64,000 nucleotides of DNA from an uncultured bacterium (GTDB lineage: Bacteria; Zixibacteria; MSB-5A5; CAIYYT01). Position 1 is the first letter of the stretch. The number at the start of each line of letters is the position of its first letter. The DNA is taken from contig CAVSCK010000004.1 of assembly GCA_963726455.1 (NCBI GenBank), positions 352,001-416,000 of the forward strand, written 5' to 3'. The position numbers were made by a program, and so were the translations under genes. Below the pieces are notes generated by a model, which saw only the letters and a list, made by a program, of their open reading frames with translations, searched no databases and was not told where the DNA came from. This document shows positions 1 to 9,639 of this stretch, one piece after another.

Positions 1-15
1 AGAATCGCTCGGAGT

Positions 16-888
16 TTGACGGTGGCCGGTTACCTGGAAATCAGCGTACGCTGCGCGCCGGCCCAAGAAGACCTGGTCACATCGTTCATTACCGAGACTC
101 TCTGTCAAGGACTGGTGACCGAAGTCAGTGACGAGGACTTCCGCGTTAAGTTCTACTTGCCCGCCGAGGAAGACGCACGCGCCAAAGTTGAATCGCTGGG
201 CAACTATCTGGTGAGTCACGGACTTACCAGCGCCGACGCAGTTGGCGCGGTGATCTCGGTGAAGCAAATCGAAGACATCGACTGGATCAAACAGTATCAG
301 GAATCGTTTCAACCCGTCATCGTCGAAAAGGTCGCCATCAAGTCTGTCTGGGACAAGACTCAGTATCCGGGCAAGATCGAAATCGTGATTGAGCCGAAGA
401 TGGCATTCGGCACTGGCCATCATGAAACCACTCAGCTTTGCATGTCGCAGTTACTCAAAGATATCAAGAAAGGTGACAGAGTGCTTGATCTCGGCTGCGG
501 CTCCGCAATTCTGTCGATACTGGCAGCCAAACTGGGAGCAGATGAATGTCTGGGTCTCGACATCGATCTGACCGCAATCGAAAACGCGAAGGAGAACATC
601 GTTCACAATCGCGTGGATAACGTCGTGCAGATCGAATTTGGATCGATGGATAAAGTGTCGCGTGTCGCCTATTACGATGTCGTGGTGAGTAATCTGATTA
701 GGGATGAGATATACAATCTCTACGAAAACTTCATGCGCTGCCTCAAATCGCAAGGCGTTCTGATCCTCTCCGGCATACTGACCGAGCAGGAAACTGAATT
801 CCAGAATTTCCTCGAACTTAAGAGTTCTCACGGCTATCAGGTAACCCGCATGAATGAGTGGATTTGTTGCCGTGTCACCAAAGCGTAG
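16..888 (+). CDS. prmA: 50S ribosomal protein L11 methyltransferase
   Basis: EPKMAFGTGHHETT, VLDLGCGSAILS, LILSGIL motifs; adjacent to rsmE. Confidence 0.95.
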   Translation: MTVAGYLEISVRCAPAQEDLVTSFITETLCQGLVTEVSDEDFRVKFYLPAEEDARAKVESLGNYLVSHGLTSADAVGAVISVKQIEDIDWIKQYQESFQPVIVEKVAIKSVWDKTQYPGKIEIVIEPKMAFGTGHHETTQLCMSQLLKDIKKGDRVLDLGCGSAILSILAAKLGADECLGLDIDLTAIENAKENIVHNRVDNVVQIEFGSMDKVSRVAYYDVVVSNLIRDEIYNLYENFMRCLKSQGVLILSGILTEQETEFQNFLELKSSHGYQVTRMNEWICCRVTKA

Positions 889-1621
889 CCAGACCACACA
901 TTTCTTTGTCGAACCCGACCAAATCGAAAGTGATCGTTGCCATTTCGCCCGCGAAGAAGCTGACCATATTCTCCGAACACTTCGCCTGTCCGCAGGTGAC
1001 TTGATCAAGGTCACGGACGGCTTGGGCAATCTCTATGATGTAATGCTCGGGGAACCCGGTAGGCGAGGACTGATCGGAGAGATCGTCAAAGTCTCTCGCT
1101 GGCTGAACGAGCCGGGAATCGATCTCACGGTAGCATTCGGATTGACTTTGCAGGGAAAGGCAGATGACATAGTCGAGCAGTGCACGCAGCTTGGTGTCCG
1201 ATCGTTCATTCCGCTTCTGTCCGCAAATTCTCCAGTCCACCTCGACGAGGACAAGATCAGAACTAGAATCGAACGTTGGCGCAAAGTGGCGATCAGCGCC
1301 GTCAAACAATCATTGCGTTGCTATCTGCCTACTATCGGTGCGCCACGTGATGCCAATTCGCTGGCGAAGACTATCGGCGACTACGATCTTTCGCTCGTCG
1401 GTTCGTTTGCCGGAAAACGGTTGATCTGGAATGAGCAGTGTAGTAGCGCCAAGACATTGTTGCTGGTTACCGGACCGGAACAGGGGCTTACTCTTGACGA
1501 GGAAGCCGTATTAGAATCTGCGGGAGCTATGCCGATCACTCTCGGAGAGCGCCGCCTCCGCACTGAATTGGCGCCGGTAGTTATGACGACGCTTGTGCTT
1601 TCGCGAGCGGACATTCTCTAG
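854..1621 (+). CDS. rsmE: 16S rRNA m3U1498 methyltransferase RsmE
   Basis: HILRTLRL, EQCTQLGV, AVKQSLR, GPEQG, LGERRLRTELA SPOUT motifs; start uncertain. Confidence 0.92.
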   Translation: MSGFVAVSPKRSQTTHFFVEPDQIESDRCHFAREEADHILRTLRLSAGDLIKVTDGLGNLYDVMLGEPGRRGLIGEIVKVSRWLNEPGIDLTVAFGLTLQGKADDIVEQCTQLGVRSFIPLLSANSPVHLDEDKIRTRIERWRKVAISAVKQSLRCYLPTIGAPRDANSLAKTIGDYDLSLVGSFAGKRLIWNEQCSSAKTLLLVTGPEQGLTLDEEAVLESAGAMPITLGERRLRTELAPVVMTTLVLSRADIL

Positions 1622-1646
1622 CATACCCGATCATAAGCCCGCGCCG

Positions 1647-1674
1647 TTGCATGGGTTACGACTGTAACTATATT
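1647..1674 (+). promoter_or_regulatory. sigma70-type promoter (TTGCAT-N16-TATATT), 6 nt before ATG 1681
   Basis: Hexamers read directly; spacing puts +1 at the ATG. Confidence 0.5.
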
Positions 1675-1680
1675 GCAGTA

Positions 1681-2484
1681 ATGCCGATAACACTTATGAT
1701 GAACGAAATCATGCCACAAATATTCGTCGCGTTCGCCGGCGCCATCGTCGGATCATTCCTGAACGTGCTGATTTGTCGGCTGCCGAAGAATGAGAATTTT
1801 GTCTCCGGCAGGTCTCATTGTCCGCAATGTGGTGCGCTGATTCACTGGTACGACAATTTGCCGGTTCTCAGCTACATGATACTGCGGGGAAAGTGCCGGC
1901 ACTGTCATAAGCACATATCGCTGCAATATCCGCTGGTAGAGATCGGCACGGCGATTCTCTTTCTGTTGGCATTTCGATTGTATGGGTGGCAGGTGCAGTC
2001 CGCGATAGTCTGCGTGTTCTTCTGCCTGCTCTTGGTTGTGACCGTGATCGATTTCCGGCATTACATCATTCCGGACAAGATCACGATTCCGGGAATGATC
2101 CTGGGCGTTGCCACTTCATTCGTGAGCCCAACGTTGCGCCCGTTAGACTCAGTGATCGGGCTGGTCGCCGGCGGTGCGTCGTTGTTTCTGTTGGCGTTGC
2201 TCGGAGATTTCCTGTTCAAGAAGGAGTCTTTAGGCGGCGGCGACGTCAAGCTGGCGGCGATGTTGGGCGCATTCCTCGGCTGGCGCAGCATCTTGGTGAT
2301 CTTTTTCGCTGCTGCCGTGCTCGGTCTGGTGTATGCGCTAATTTACATGGTGTTCTCCCGACAGATGCGTCAGACACGCATGATCCCGTTCGGTCCATTC
2401 CTGTCGCTGGCAGCCATAATTGCGCTCTTTTTCGGCAACTACCTGATCAACCTCTATGTCGAGAAAGTCCTGGCGCTACAATAG
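1681..2484 (+). CDS. pilD: Type IV prepilin peptidase/N-methyltransferase (A24)
   Basis: GSFLNVLICRLP, two CxxC pairs, VID..IIPD, GGGDVKL, IPFGPFL; start moved from 1651 to 1681 on promoter spacing. Confidence 0.93.
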   Translation: MPITLMMNEIMPQIFVAFAGAIVGSFLNVLICRLPKNENFVSGRSHCPQCGALIHWYDNLPVLSYMILRGKCRHCHKHISLQYPLVEIGTAILFLLAFRLYGWQVQSAIVCVFFCLLLVVTVIDFRHYIIPDKITIPGMILGVATSFVSPTLRPLDSVIGLVAGGASLFLLALLGDFLFKKESLGGGDVKLAAMLGAFLGWRSILVIFFAAAVLGLVYALIYMVFSRQMRQTRMIPFGPFLSLAAIIALFFGNYLINLYVEKVLALQ

Positions 2485-2547
2485 TTCGTTCGGTCTCTCG
2501 TATGCGAACCGCTTACAAAATCGCACTTTCCTGACGATAACTCTAAT

Positions 2548-4461
2548 GTGAAGCTGCAATTTCTTGACAAGTGGCAGAAGCGCCTCGGTTCCAGCTATGA
2601 GGCCCGCATTCGCGTCACGCTCGGCCTGATGTTCCTGCTCATCATCGTCGCCAATCTCAATTCACTCCGTTTCTTCAGTCAGAGCCAGTCGCTGCAGACC
2701 GGCACGCTTAAGTATCGTGTGGTTGATAATCTGGAAAAGGCGGCGAACAGTATCAAGGCCAATCCTGCGGAGCTGGCTCGTTCGGCGCAGTTTCGCGATC
2801 TGGCACATGCCGCCGGATTCACGCGTATCGACCTGGTGGAAACAGAATTACTGCAGCGCGAGGAAATCGGCAAGTCAGAATTGGTTGACTCGGTAACATT
2901 GAGTCGCTTACGGAACGCCTACGATCATGATAAAGAAGTCGCCGGAGTAGTTGGCGCAGGTCTGCCGGCAACAGTCTCCGAAGTCTTTACATCGGACAAC
3001 GGTTCGCCGGTTCGCGCCGTTGCATATCATTTCATAGGCGACAAAGGCAAAGGGCTTACTTTAGTTGCGACACTGCCCGCCGATACCGAGGTTGGCTTGC
3101 AGCGTTTCTCGCGGCTCAACACGTTGTTTCAGTTGCTAAGCATTGCGGCGGCTTTTACCATCGCCATTCTTCTGCTAAAGATAACACTTAAACCGTATCT
3201 CCAGATCAAGAAGCAGGCGCTGGCGGCAGCGGTCGCGAAAACCGATCAGCCGGAAGCAATGGATTTTGCGGTGCAGACTTTCCAACGGGTAATAACGGAA
3301 TTGCGACATAAAGAAGCCGTTTTGCAGCGGCTCTACGCTCAGCAAAAGGATCGCGCGATTTCCCTTGAAAGATACAATGAATACATCCTTGCAGCTATGC
3401 CGTCGGCGGTCATAAGCTGCGACAACGAGGGCGTTGTCACTAATTACAATAGTGCCGCCGAGGCGATCTTCAAAATACCGGCAAGCGCGGCGATCGGGCA
3501 CAACTACCACTATGCACTTGCCGATTATGCTATGTTCGCGCAGATGATTGAGGATGCGCTTGCCAAGAGCAGGGAATCATCGAAACCCGAAATCGAAGTA
3601 CATCTCGTTGACCAGCAGTGTCTCTGGCTCAGCGTTGACTGCACATTGCTGCGCGACAATGTCGGAGCCGTCAAAGGCGCGATGGTGCTGATCTCTGATC
3701 TGACGGACCTTAAGCGGCTCGAATCAGAAGTTGCCATCAAGGAGCAGATGGCGGCTTTGGGCGAGATGTCAGCCGGCCTGGCGCACCAATTGCGCAATTC
3801 GCTGGCAGCGGTCGTCGGCTTTGCCCAGCTCTTGCGAAAACTCGCCGTGGGGATCGACCAGGTGCCAGAGATCGTTACGAATATCTTGACCGAAGCTCAG
3901 GCGACAGAGGAAATGCTCACTCGATTTTTGAGCTTGTCACGCCATGAAGCCGTCCAGTTGCAGGAAGTGGATTTCGAGGAAATTCAACGTACTGTGGAGA
4001 CGCATTTTGCGTCAGAGGTTGAGTCTGGCCGAGTGCGTTTGCAGTTCACAGTAGATCAATGTGCGGCAAAGCTGACTTGTGATGCGGTACTAATTTCCAA
4101 TGTTCTGGTTAACCTCGTGCAGAACAGTATCGAAGCGTCGGTCCCCGGTAGCGAGGTCAAGATCAGAGTTTATTCCTCCGGGTTTGGCGAAACCGTCGGG
4201 GTCAAGGTCTCCGATAATGGCAAGGGCATACCTCCGGAGAACATCGATGAGATCTTCCTGCCGTTCTTCACTTCCGGCAAGCCGAATGGAACCGGTCTGG
4301 GACTGGCACTGGTACGAAAGTGGATAGTTTGCCATGGCGGCGAGGTTACCTGCGAATCCGCGCCGAATCGGGGGACAACGTTCACGATCATGCTGCCGCA
4401 GAAGCGCGGGAACGACGAAACGGCGCGGCCTTGCAGCAAGATAAACCTTGCCAAAGTCTAA
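2548..4461 (+). CDS. Membrane PAS-domain sensor histidine kinase (NtrB/PilS/AtoS-like)
   Basis: 2 TM helices, PAS-like region, H-box LAHQLRNSL, NLVQNSIEA, DNGKGI, GTGLGL. Confidence 0.9.
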   Translation: MKLQFLDKWQKRLGSSYEARIRVTLGLMFLLIIVANLNSLRFFSQSQSLQTGTLKYRVVDNLEKAANSIKANPAELARSAQFRDLAHAAGFTRIDLVETELLQREEIGKSELVDSVTLSRLRNAYDHDKEVAGVVGAGLPATVSEVFTSDNGSPVRAVAYHFIGDKGKGLTLVATLPADTEVGLQRFSRLNTLFQLLSIAAAFTIAILLLKITLKPYLQIKKQALAAAVAKTDQPEAMDFAVQTFQRVITELRHKEAVLQRLYAQQKDRAISLERYNEYILAAMPSAVISCDNEGVVTNYNSAAEAIFKIPASAAIGHNYHYALADYAMFAQMIEDALAKSRESSKPEIEVHLVDQQCLWLSVDCTLLRDNVGAVKGAMVLISDLTDLKRLESEVAIKEQMAALGEMSAGLAHQLRNSLAAVVGFAQLLRKLAVGIDQVPEIVTNILTEAQATEEMLTRFLSLSRHEAVQLQEVDFEEIQRTVETHFASEVESGRVRLQFTVDQCAAKLTCDAVLISNVLVNLVQNSIEASVPGSEVKIRVYSSGFGETVGVKVSDNGKGIPPENIDEIFLPFFTSGKPNGTGLGLALVRKWIVCHGGEVTCESAPNRGTTFTIMLPQKRGNDETARPCSKINLAKV

Positions 4462-4546
4462 ATACTGCTTATATTTACCTCTGTCGTCAGTTTGTGTTAT
4501 CCCGCACAACTGGTTACTGTCTTCACGTGTTTAAGGAGCTCTCCTG

Positions 4547-6754
4547 ATGTCACAACGTTACAGCATTTTCCTTTTGCTGGTTTTCGCAGTTTGCCTGTTC
4601 GGCACCGCCGGGGCGACCGCGAAGTACTCTACTGTTCAAATCACACTGGATACCAAAGCCGACTACGAAAAAGTTCGCGCCTTCGGGTTCGAGCATGTCA
4701 TAGTCCGCGATGGATCTGCCGAAGCTGTTGTTTCGCAGAGCGATTTGCTGCGGCTCCAGGCGACCGGCCTGAAGTACACCGTCTCCATCGACGACATGAC
4801 CGCCTTCTATCAGAGCCGGTTCGACGCCACTCGAACGATGGGTGGCTATCGCACTCTCAGCGAAATCGGATTAGTGCTCGATTCCATTTCCAATGCTTAC
4901 CCTGGAATCGTCACGCCCAAGGCCAGCATGGGCAACTCTCTCGAAGGGCGCCCTATCTGGTTTGTGAAGATTTCCGATAACCCGAGCGTTAATGAGAACG
5001 AACCTGAAGTCTATTACTATGCCTGCCATCACGCGCGTGAGGTCATCACTCCGGAAGTGCTGATCTATTTCATGCGCTACTTGACGAGCAATTATGGCAC
5101 CAACCCGCAGGTGACATATCTGGTAAACAATCGTGAGTTATTTTTCGCGCCCTGTCTGAATCCCGATGGCTACTACTACAACCAGGAGACCGATCCGGGT
5201 GGCGGCGGCATGTGGCGCAAGAATCGGCGCAACAGTGGCGACGGCAATTTCGGTGTCGATATTAACCGCAATTACGGCTATCAGTGGGGATACGATGACA
5301 TTGGTTCCTCTCCCAGTACGGGAAGTGAAACTTATCGAGGCACGGCGCCCTTTTCGGAGCCGGAGATTGCGGCGCAACGGACGTTCATCAACGCGCATCA
5401 ATTCAAAGTCATCGTCAACTATCATTCCTACGCCGGTTTGTTCCTGTATCCGTGGGGATATGACAATATCTTCGCGCCGGATGATGATATCTTCAGACAA
5501 ATGGGCGACACTGTCAACGCAATGACCGGCTACGAGGCGGGACCGCCGTGGCAAGTATTGTATTCGGTCAACGGTGGAAGTTTTGACTGGGAATACGGCG
5601 AGCAAATTTCAAAGCCGAAAATCTACGCTATCAGTGTGGAAGTCGGTGACGGCGCGGACGGTTTCTGGCCGCCGACCAGCCGCATCGCGCCACTGGTTCA
5701 ATTGCACTTGCAGCCGAATCTTTTCTATGCGCGCATGGCCGGTAACCCCGAAGCGCTGCGGCCACCTGCAATGCCGACGATCTACGCAATCGGCAATGTC
5801 GACACGACCTATTTCCAACTCTATTGGCATCACTATGATCAGGCGAATCCGGCCCTTAGTTTCGAGGTCTGGCAGATGAGCAATCTGGCAAGCATCACGG
5901 ACAATCTGGAAGGTACTGGACCGACCTGGAATTCGAACGGATTCACGCTGACGACGTCTCAGGCGCATTCGGCCACCCACTCCTATTTTGGTGGCAACGT
6001 CAGCAATCTGAACACCACCCTGGCCATGGATCAGACGTTCACGGTTAGTCTTGGTGACACTCTCCAATTCTGGACATCCTATAATCATGAGTCCGGCTAT
6101 GACTACGGCTATGTAGAAGCATCGACCAACGGCGGCTCGACCTGGTCATCAATTCCCGGAAACATTACCACGACGGCTAATCCTCACGGCTACAACCAGG
6201 GCTTCGGGATTAACGGCAATTCCTCTGGATGGGTGCTTGCCAAGTTTCCGTTAAGTCTCTTCGCCGGCAGCAGCATCTTGCTCCGGTTCCATTATACGTC
6301 CGACGGCGGTGTCAATAACGGCGGTTGGTACATCGACGATATCTATCCTGTCGAATACTACACCACGATGACTAAATTATCCGATACAGTGGAAGATACT
6401 ACGCTACTGGTTCAAAACCTGCAAAACGGAGATTACTATTACAAGCTGCGCGCAAAGGATCCGCAAAATCAATTCTCGGGGTTTAGCCCGACGGAAGTTG
6501 CGCACGTGTCGTTCAGCACCTGCAGTTATTCGGTTGGAGATGCCGACAATTCGGGCAATTACGACATTTCCGATGCGGTCTACCTTATAGAGTATATCTT
6601 CAGCGGTGGTCCGGCGCCGTCGCCGAACGCAGTTGGATCGGGAGATGTGGATTGCTCAGGCGGCGTCGATATCAGCGATGCTGTCTATCTTATCGCTTAT
6701 ATCTTCGGCGGTGGACCCGCACCTGCGCCCACCTGTAATTGCCAGGACTATTGA
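4547..6754 (+). CDS. Secreted M14 zinc carboxypeptidase (carboxypeptidase T-like) with beta-sandwich domains and C-terminal dockerin
   Basis: Signal peptide; HHARE, WRKNRR, NRNY, HSY, VEVG motifs; duplicated [18 protein letters not shown] dockerin; SD AAGGAG. Confidence 0.9.
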   Translation: MSQRYSIFLLLVFAVCLFGTAGATAKYSTVQITLDTKADYEKVRAFGFEHVIVRDGSAEAVVSQSDLLRLQATGLKYTVSIDDMTAFYQSRFDATRTMGGYRTLSEIGLVLDSISNAYPGIVTPKASMGNSLEGRPIWFVKISDNPSVNENEPEVYYYACHHAREVITPEVLIYFMRYLTSNYGTNPQVTYLVNNRELFFAPCLNPDGYYYNQETDPGGGGMWRKNRRNSGDGNFGVDINRNYGYQWGYDDIGSSPSTGSETYRGTAPFSEPEIAAQRTFINAHQFKVIVNYHSYAGLFLYPWGYDNIFAPDDDIFRQMGDTVNAMTGYEAGPPWQVLYSVNGGSFDWEYGEQISKPKIYAISVEVGDGADGFWPPTSRIAPLVQLHLQPNLFYARMAGNPEALRPPAMPTIYAIGNVDTTYFQLYWHHYDQANPALSFEVWQMSNLASITDNLEGTGPTWNSNGFTLTTSQAHSATHSYFGGNVSNLNTTLAMDQTFTVSLGDTLQFWTSYNHESGYDYGYVEASTNGGSTWSSIPGNITTTANPHGYNQGFGINGNSSGWVLAKFPLSLFAGSSILLRFHYTSDGGVNNGGWYIDDIYPVEYYTTMTKLSDTVEDTTLLVQNLQNGDYYYKLRAKDPQNQFSGFSPTEVAHVSFSTCSYSVGDADNSGNYDISDAVYLIEYIFSGGPAPSPNAVGSGDVDCSGGVDISDAVYLIAYIFGGGPAPAPTCNCQDY

Positions 6755-6792
6755 TCAATCGGACTACAAATGTCCGTCGAGTGATTTCGATT

Positions 6793-6830
6793 AGGCGGGA
6801 GTCGCCAGGCAACTCTCGCCTGTCTTTTTT
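6793..6830 (+). terminator. Rho-independent terminator of the M14 peptidase gene
   Basis: AGGCGGGAGT/ACTCTCGCCT stem (G-U on + strand) followed by a T-run. Confidence 0.8.
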
Positions 6831-6837
6831 GTCCCCC

Positions 6838-6875
6838 AAAAAAAGTTTGGCAGAAGCGTCAATCGCCTCTGCCAA
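6838..6875 (-). terminator. Rho-independent terminator on the minus strand
   Basis: Minus strand UUGGCAGAGGCG-AUUGA-CGCUUCUGCCAA 12-bp stem (one G-U, an A-C mismatch on +) then AC and U7. Confidence 0.8.
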
Positions 6876-6911
6876 GTGGATAATTAGGTAAGACACTACT
6901 GGCCAAGATAC
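6838..6911 (-). ncRNA. Candidate sigma54-dependent small RNA (~74 nt)
   Basis: Bounded by a -24/-12 promoter (6922-6937) and a strand-specific terminator; no AUG or SD inside. Confidence 0.55.
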
Positions 6912-6921
6912 TTTATCAGGA

Positions 6922-6937
6922 AGCAAAAACCCTGCCA
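6922..6937 (-). promoter_or_regulatory. sigma54 (RpoN) -24/-12 promoter
   Basis: Minus strand TGGCAGGGTTTTTGCT = GG-N10-GC, close to TGGCAC-N5-TTGCW. Confidence 0.7.
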
Positions 6938-7054
6938 CTGACTAGCCGGCGTAAGTCGTTGTCATACAAGACGCGACAATGATCGATTGCGGCGCGGTCA
7001 GATCGGCGTGTACGAGATTTCGACAGTGAGACAGATGCTTCCCCAGCCGTTTTC

Positions 7055-7067
7055 TATCAAGTCATTG
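7055..7067 (+). promoter_or_regulatory. IHF-type binding site
   Basis: TATCAAGTCATTG matches WATCAANNNNTTR exactly; a weaker site (minus TGACAACGACTTA) lies at 6952-6964. Confidence 0.5.
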
Positions 7068-7214
7068 AATATGAGAATGTTACCAGTTAACAAAATTTGG
7101 TGGGTTTTCAGAACACCCTCCAGTTCATTCAGATACGGCACCTGACTTCCGGATTGGGCAAGCTTTGTGTCGAAAGCGATTTTCAACCGCATGAAAAACA
7201 GTTAACATTATTAG

Positions 7215-8417
7215 ATGGAGCCTGAACTTCAATTGGAGAAGATCTATTCTGTCTCTGAGATAACCGCCGAGATAAAGAATCTGCTGGAATCGGAGTTTCA
7301 GTCGGTCTGGGTGGAAGGCGAAATCTCCAACTATCTGCATCATACTTCCGGTCACCGCTATTTCACGTTGAAGGATGCGTCTGCGCAAATCAAGGCCGTG
7401 ATCTGGCGCTTCACGGCACAAGGACTGCAATTCGAACCGAAAGACGGCCTCAAAGTACGCGTGTTTGGTGACGTCACACTTTACGAGAAAGGTGGCAACT
7501 ACCAACTCCGTGTATCACGAATTCTGCCGCTCGGCAAAGGAAGTCTGGAAGAGCAATTCCAGAAGCTCAAAGAGAAGCTTTTACAGGAAGGTTTGTTCGC
7601 TGAAGAACGCAAGCGTCCGATACCGGAGTATCCGCGCGCGATAGGGGTTGTATCCTCACCGACCGGAGCCGCGATCAGGGACATAATCAATATCTGCACC
7701 CGGCGCGCTCCTCAGGTGCGGCTGGTGTTGAGGCCGACGCGCGTGCAAGGGGACGGCGCCGCCGAGGACATTGTCAAAGCGATTCAGGAATTCAACGCCT
7801 GGGGGCAGGTGGATGTTCTGATCGTCGGACGTGGCGGCGGCTCGCTGGAAGATTTATGGGCATTCAATGAAGAGATCGTCGCGCGCGCAATATTCGCATC
7901 GGAAATACCAGTCATCTCGGCAGTCGGGCACGAAATCGATTTTTCGATATCAGACTTCGTTGCCGATCTGCGTGCCGCAACACCATCAGCAGCCGCCGAA
8001 ATCGCAACCTATGATGCTCAGAGCATCACTGCTTTCGTGACGGAATCGCGCGCGCGTTTGGGCCGAGCTCTAATTCGCACGGTCGGAATGCGCCGCCAAT
8101 TATTGGAGCAACTGGTCAAGTCGCGCATATTTGTCTCGCCGCAGGTGCTTCTGGAGAAACCCTCACAGCGCTTGGATGATTGCGTGACCCGAATTAGGAA
8201 TAGCTCCGAACTGCTACTTCTGAAGAATCAGAACCGGTTGACGCTTGCAAATCACAAGCTGGCCGCACTTTCACCTGACAGTGTGCTTAAGCGGGGATAT
8301 GCGGTGATCACGCGTCGGCCCGATCAGACAATTGTCAAACAGGCCGCTGAATTGAGCGGTGGGGATGCAGTTGCTATCAAGTTCTCGGATGGCTCCAAGC
8401 CGGCGAAAATCGAGTAG
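7215..8417 (+). CDS. xseA: Exodeoxyribonuclease VII large subunit
   Basis: VWVEGEISN, SGHRYFTLKD, GRGGGSLEDLWAFNEE, AVGHEID, TPSAAAE. Confidence 0.97.
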   Translation: MEPELQLEKIYSVSEITAEIKNLLESEFQSVWVEGEISNYLHHTSGHRYFTLKDASAQIKAVIWRFTAQGLQFEPKDGLKVRVFGDVTLYEKGGNYQLRVSRILPLGKGSLEEQFQKLKEKLLQEGLFAEERKRPIPEYPRAIGVVSSPTGAAIRDIINICTRRAPQVRLVLRPTRVQGDGAAEDIVKAIQEFNAWGQVDVLIVGRGGGSLEDLWAFNEEIVARAIFASEIPVISAVGHEIDFSISDFVADLRAATPSAAAEIATYDAQSITAFVTESRARLGRALIRTVGMRRQLLEQLVKSRIFVSPQVLLEKPSQRLDDCVTRIRNSSELLLLKNQNRLTLANHKLAALSPDSVLKRGYAVITRRPDQTIVKQAAELSGGDAVAIKFSDGSKPAKIE

Positions 8418-8434
8418 TCCTGTCGCGGAAGTGG

Positions 8435-8463
8435 TTGCTGATAATGGGGAAAAAGGTTATAAT
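8435..8463 (+). promoter_or_regulatory. sigma70-type promoter TTGCTG-N17-TATAAT upstream of xseB
   Basis: Consensus -10 and 17-nt spacer. Confidence 0.55.
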
Positions 8464-8499
8464 AAGAATCTGTAAACTAGCCAATTGGATGAGGTAGTC

Positions 8500-8736
8500 T
8501 TGCCCGAAAAACAAGATACTTTCGAAAAGAACCTCAAGCAGCTTGAGGAAGTGGTAGCCAAACTGGAACAGGGAGATCTGCCACTGGATGAGGCCTTGAA
8601 GCTCTTTCAAGAGGGCATGCGGCTGTCGAAACTTTGTTCCGAAAAGCTTTCGACCGTGGAGCAGGAAATCAAGAAACTCGTGGCCGAGGGTGAGAAGTTC
8701 AAGCTGGAAACATTCGAGCACGATACCAATGCCTGA
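8500..8736 (+). CDS. xseB: Exodeoxyribonuclease VII small subunit
   Basis: [26 protein letters not shown]; TTG 8500 follows GAGGT SD. Confidence 0.95.
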   Translation: MPEKQDTFEKNLKQLEEVVAKLEQGDLPLDEALKLFQEGMRLSKLCSEKLSTVEQEIKKLVAEGEKFKLETFEHDTNA

Positions 8737-9604
8737 ATTTGCCGGAAAAACACTCGCTGCCTTTGCACGTTTGCGCGAGCAGATTGATGCTGCCATTGAC
8801 ACTGTTCTCCCGCCTGCCGATCTGGAGCCGGTCGACCTGCATCAGGCGATGCGCTACTCGGTGTTGGCCGGCGGCAAGCGAATCCGCCCAATTCTGGCAG
8901 TGTCCTCATATCATGCCGGCGGCGGCAACTCCGAAAGTATATACAGATATGCTTCTGCTCTCGAGTTGCTTCACACCTACTCGCTGATTCACGACGACCT
9001 TCCCTGCATGGATGACGATGACTTTCGGCGCGGCCAGCCAACGTTACATCGTAAGTTCCCTGAATACATTGCCGTCCTTGCCGGCGACGCGTTGCATGCG
9101 CTCGCATTTGAAATACTGGCTGAGTCAGGCAATTGCGAAGTAGTGAGCCAGGTGGGTAAGGCAATCGGTACTGTGGGCATGATCGGCGGACAAGTCCGCG
9201 ATGTTCAGGCCGAAGGCCACGAAGTAACACTTGCCGATGTGGAGAATATTCACAAGCGAAAGACAGCCGCGTTGATCACGGCCTCAATTACCATGGGCGC
9301 ACTGTTGGCCAGAGCGCCGCGCAATGAAGTAAAGATGCTGGAAATATTCGGCGAGAAGCTGGGGCTGGCATTCCAGATAGTTGACGATATCTTGGACGTC
9401 GAAGGTGATTTCGAAAGTCTCGGCAAGTCCGTGGGATCTGATGACCGGCTGGCCAAAGCGACCTATCCCAAAGTCGTCGGCCTGGAGGCCTCGCGAAAGA
9501 TCGCCACGAACTTGATTGCCGAGGCCAAGGCAGCTCTGGAACATTACCCCGGCCGCGAAGTTTTCTGGCATTTAGCGGATTATATACTGGCGCGCGAAAC
9601 TTAA
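8729..9604 (+). CDS. ispA: Farnesyl/geranylgeranyl diphosphate synthase
   Basis: [34 protein letters not shown]; ATG overlaps the xseB end. Confidence 0.95.
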   Translation: MPEFAGKTLAAFARLREQIDAAIDTVLPPADLEPVDLHQAMRYSVLAGGKRIRPILAVSSYHAGGGNSESIYRYASALELLHTYSLIHDDLPCMDDDDFRRGQPTLHRKFPEYIAVLAGDALHALAFEILAESGNCEVVSQVGKAIGTVGMIGGQVRDVQAEGHEVTLADVENIHKRKTAALITASITMGALLARAPRNEVKMLEIFGEKLGLAFQIVDDILDVEGDFESLGKSVGSDDRLAKATYPKVVGLEASRKIATNLIAEAKAALEHYPGREVFWHLADYILARET

Positions 9605-9639
9605 CGAACCTGTAGACGGGTTCTGAGTATGATAAACAG

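Noticed and set aside
6535-6730. Direct DNA repeat as a DGR template/variable pair or CRISPR remnant
   Set aside because: Explained by the dockerin's internal duplication; no reverse transcriptase or cas genes
6690-6938. 82-aa minus-strand ORF across the sRNA candidate
   Set aside because: Starts inside the -24 element, crosses two terminators and overlaps the peptidase end; no SD or motif
6876-7214. Intergenic region as oriC
   Set aside because: Only one DnaA-box-like 9-mer (TTATCCACT), no box cluster or unwinding element, no dnaA context
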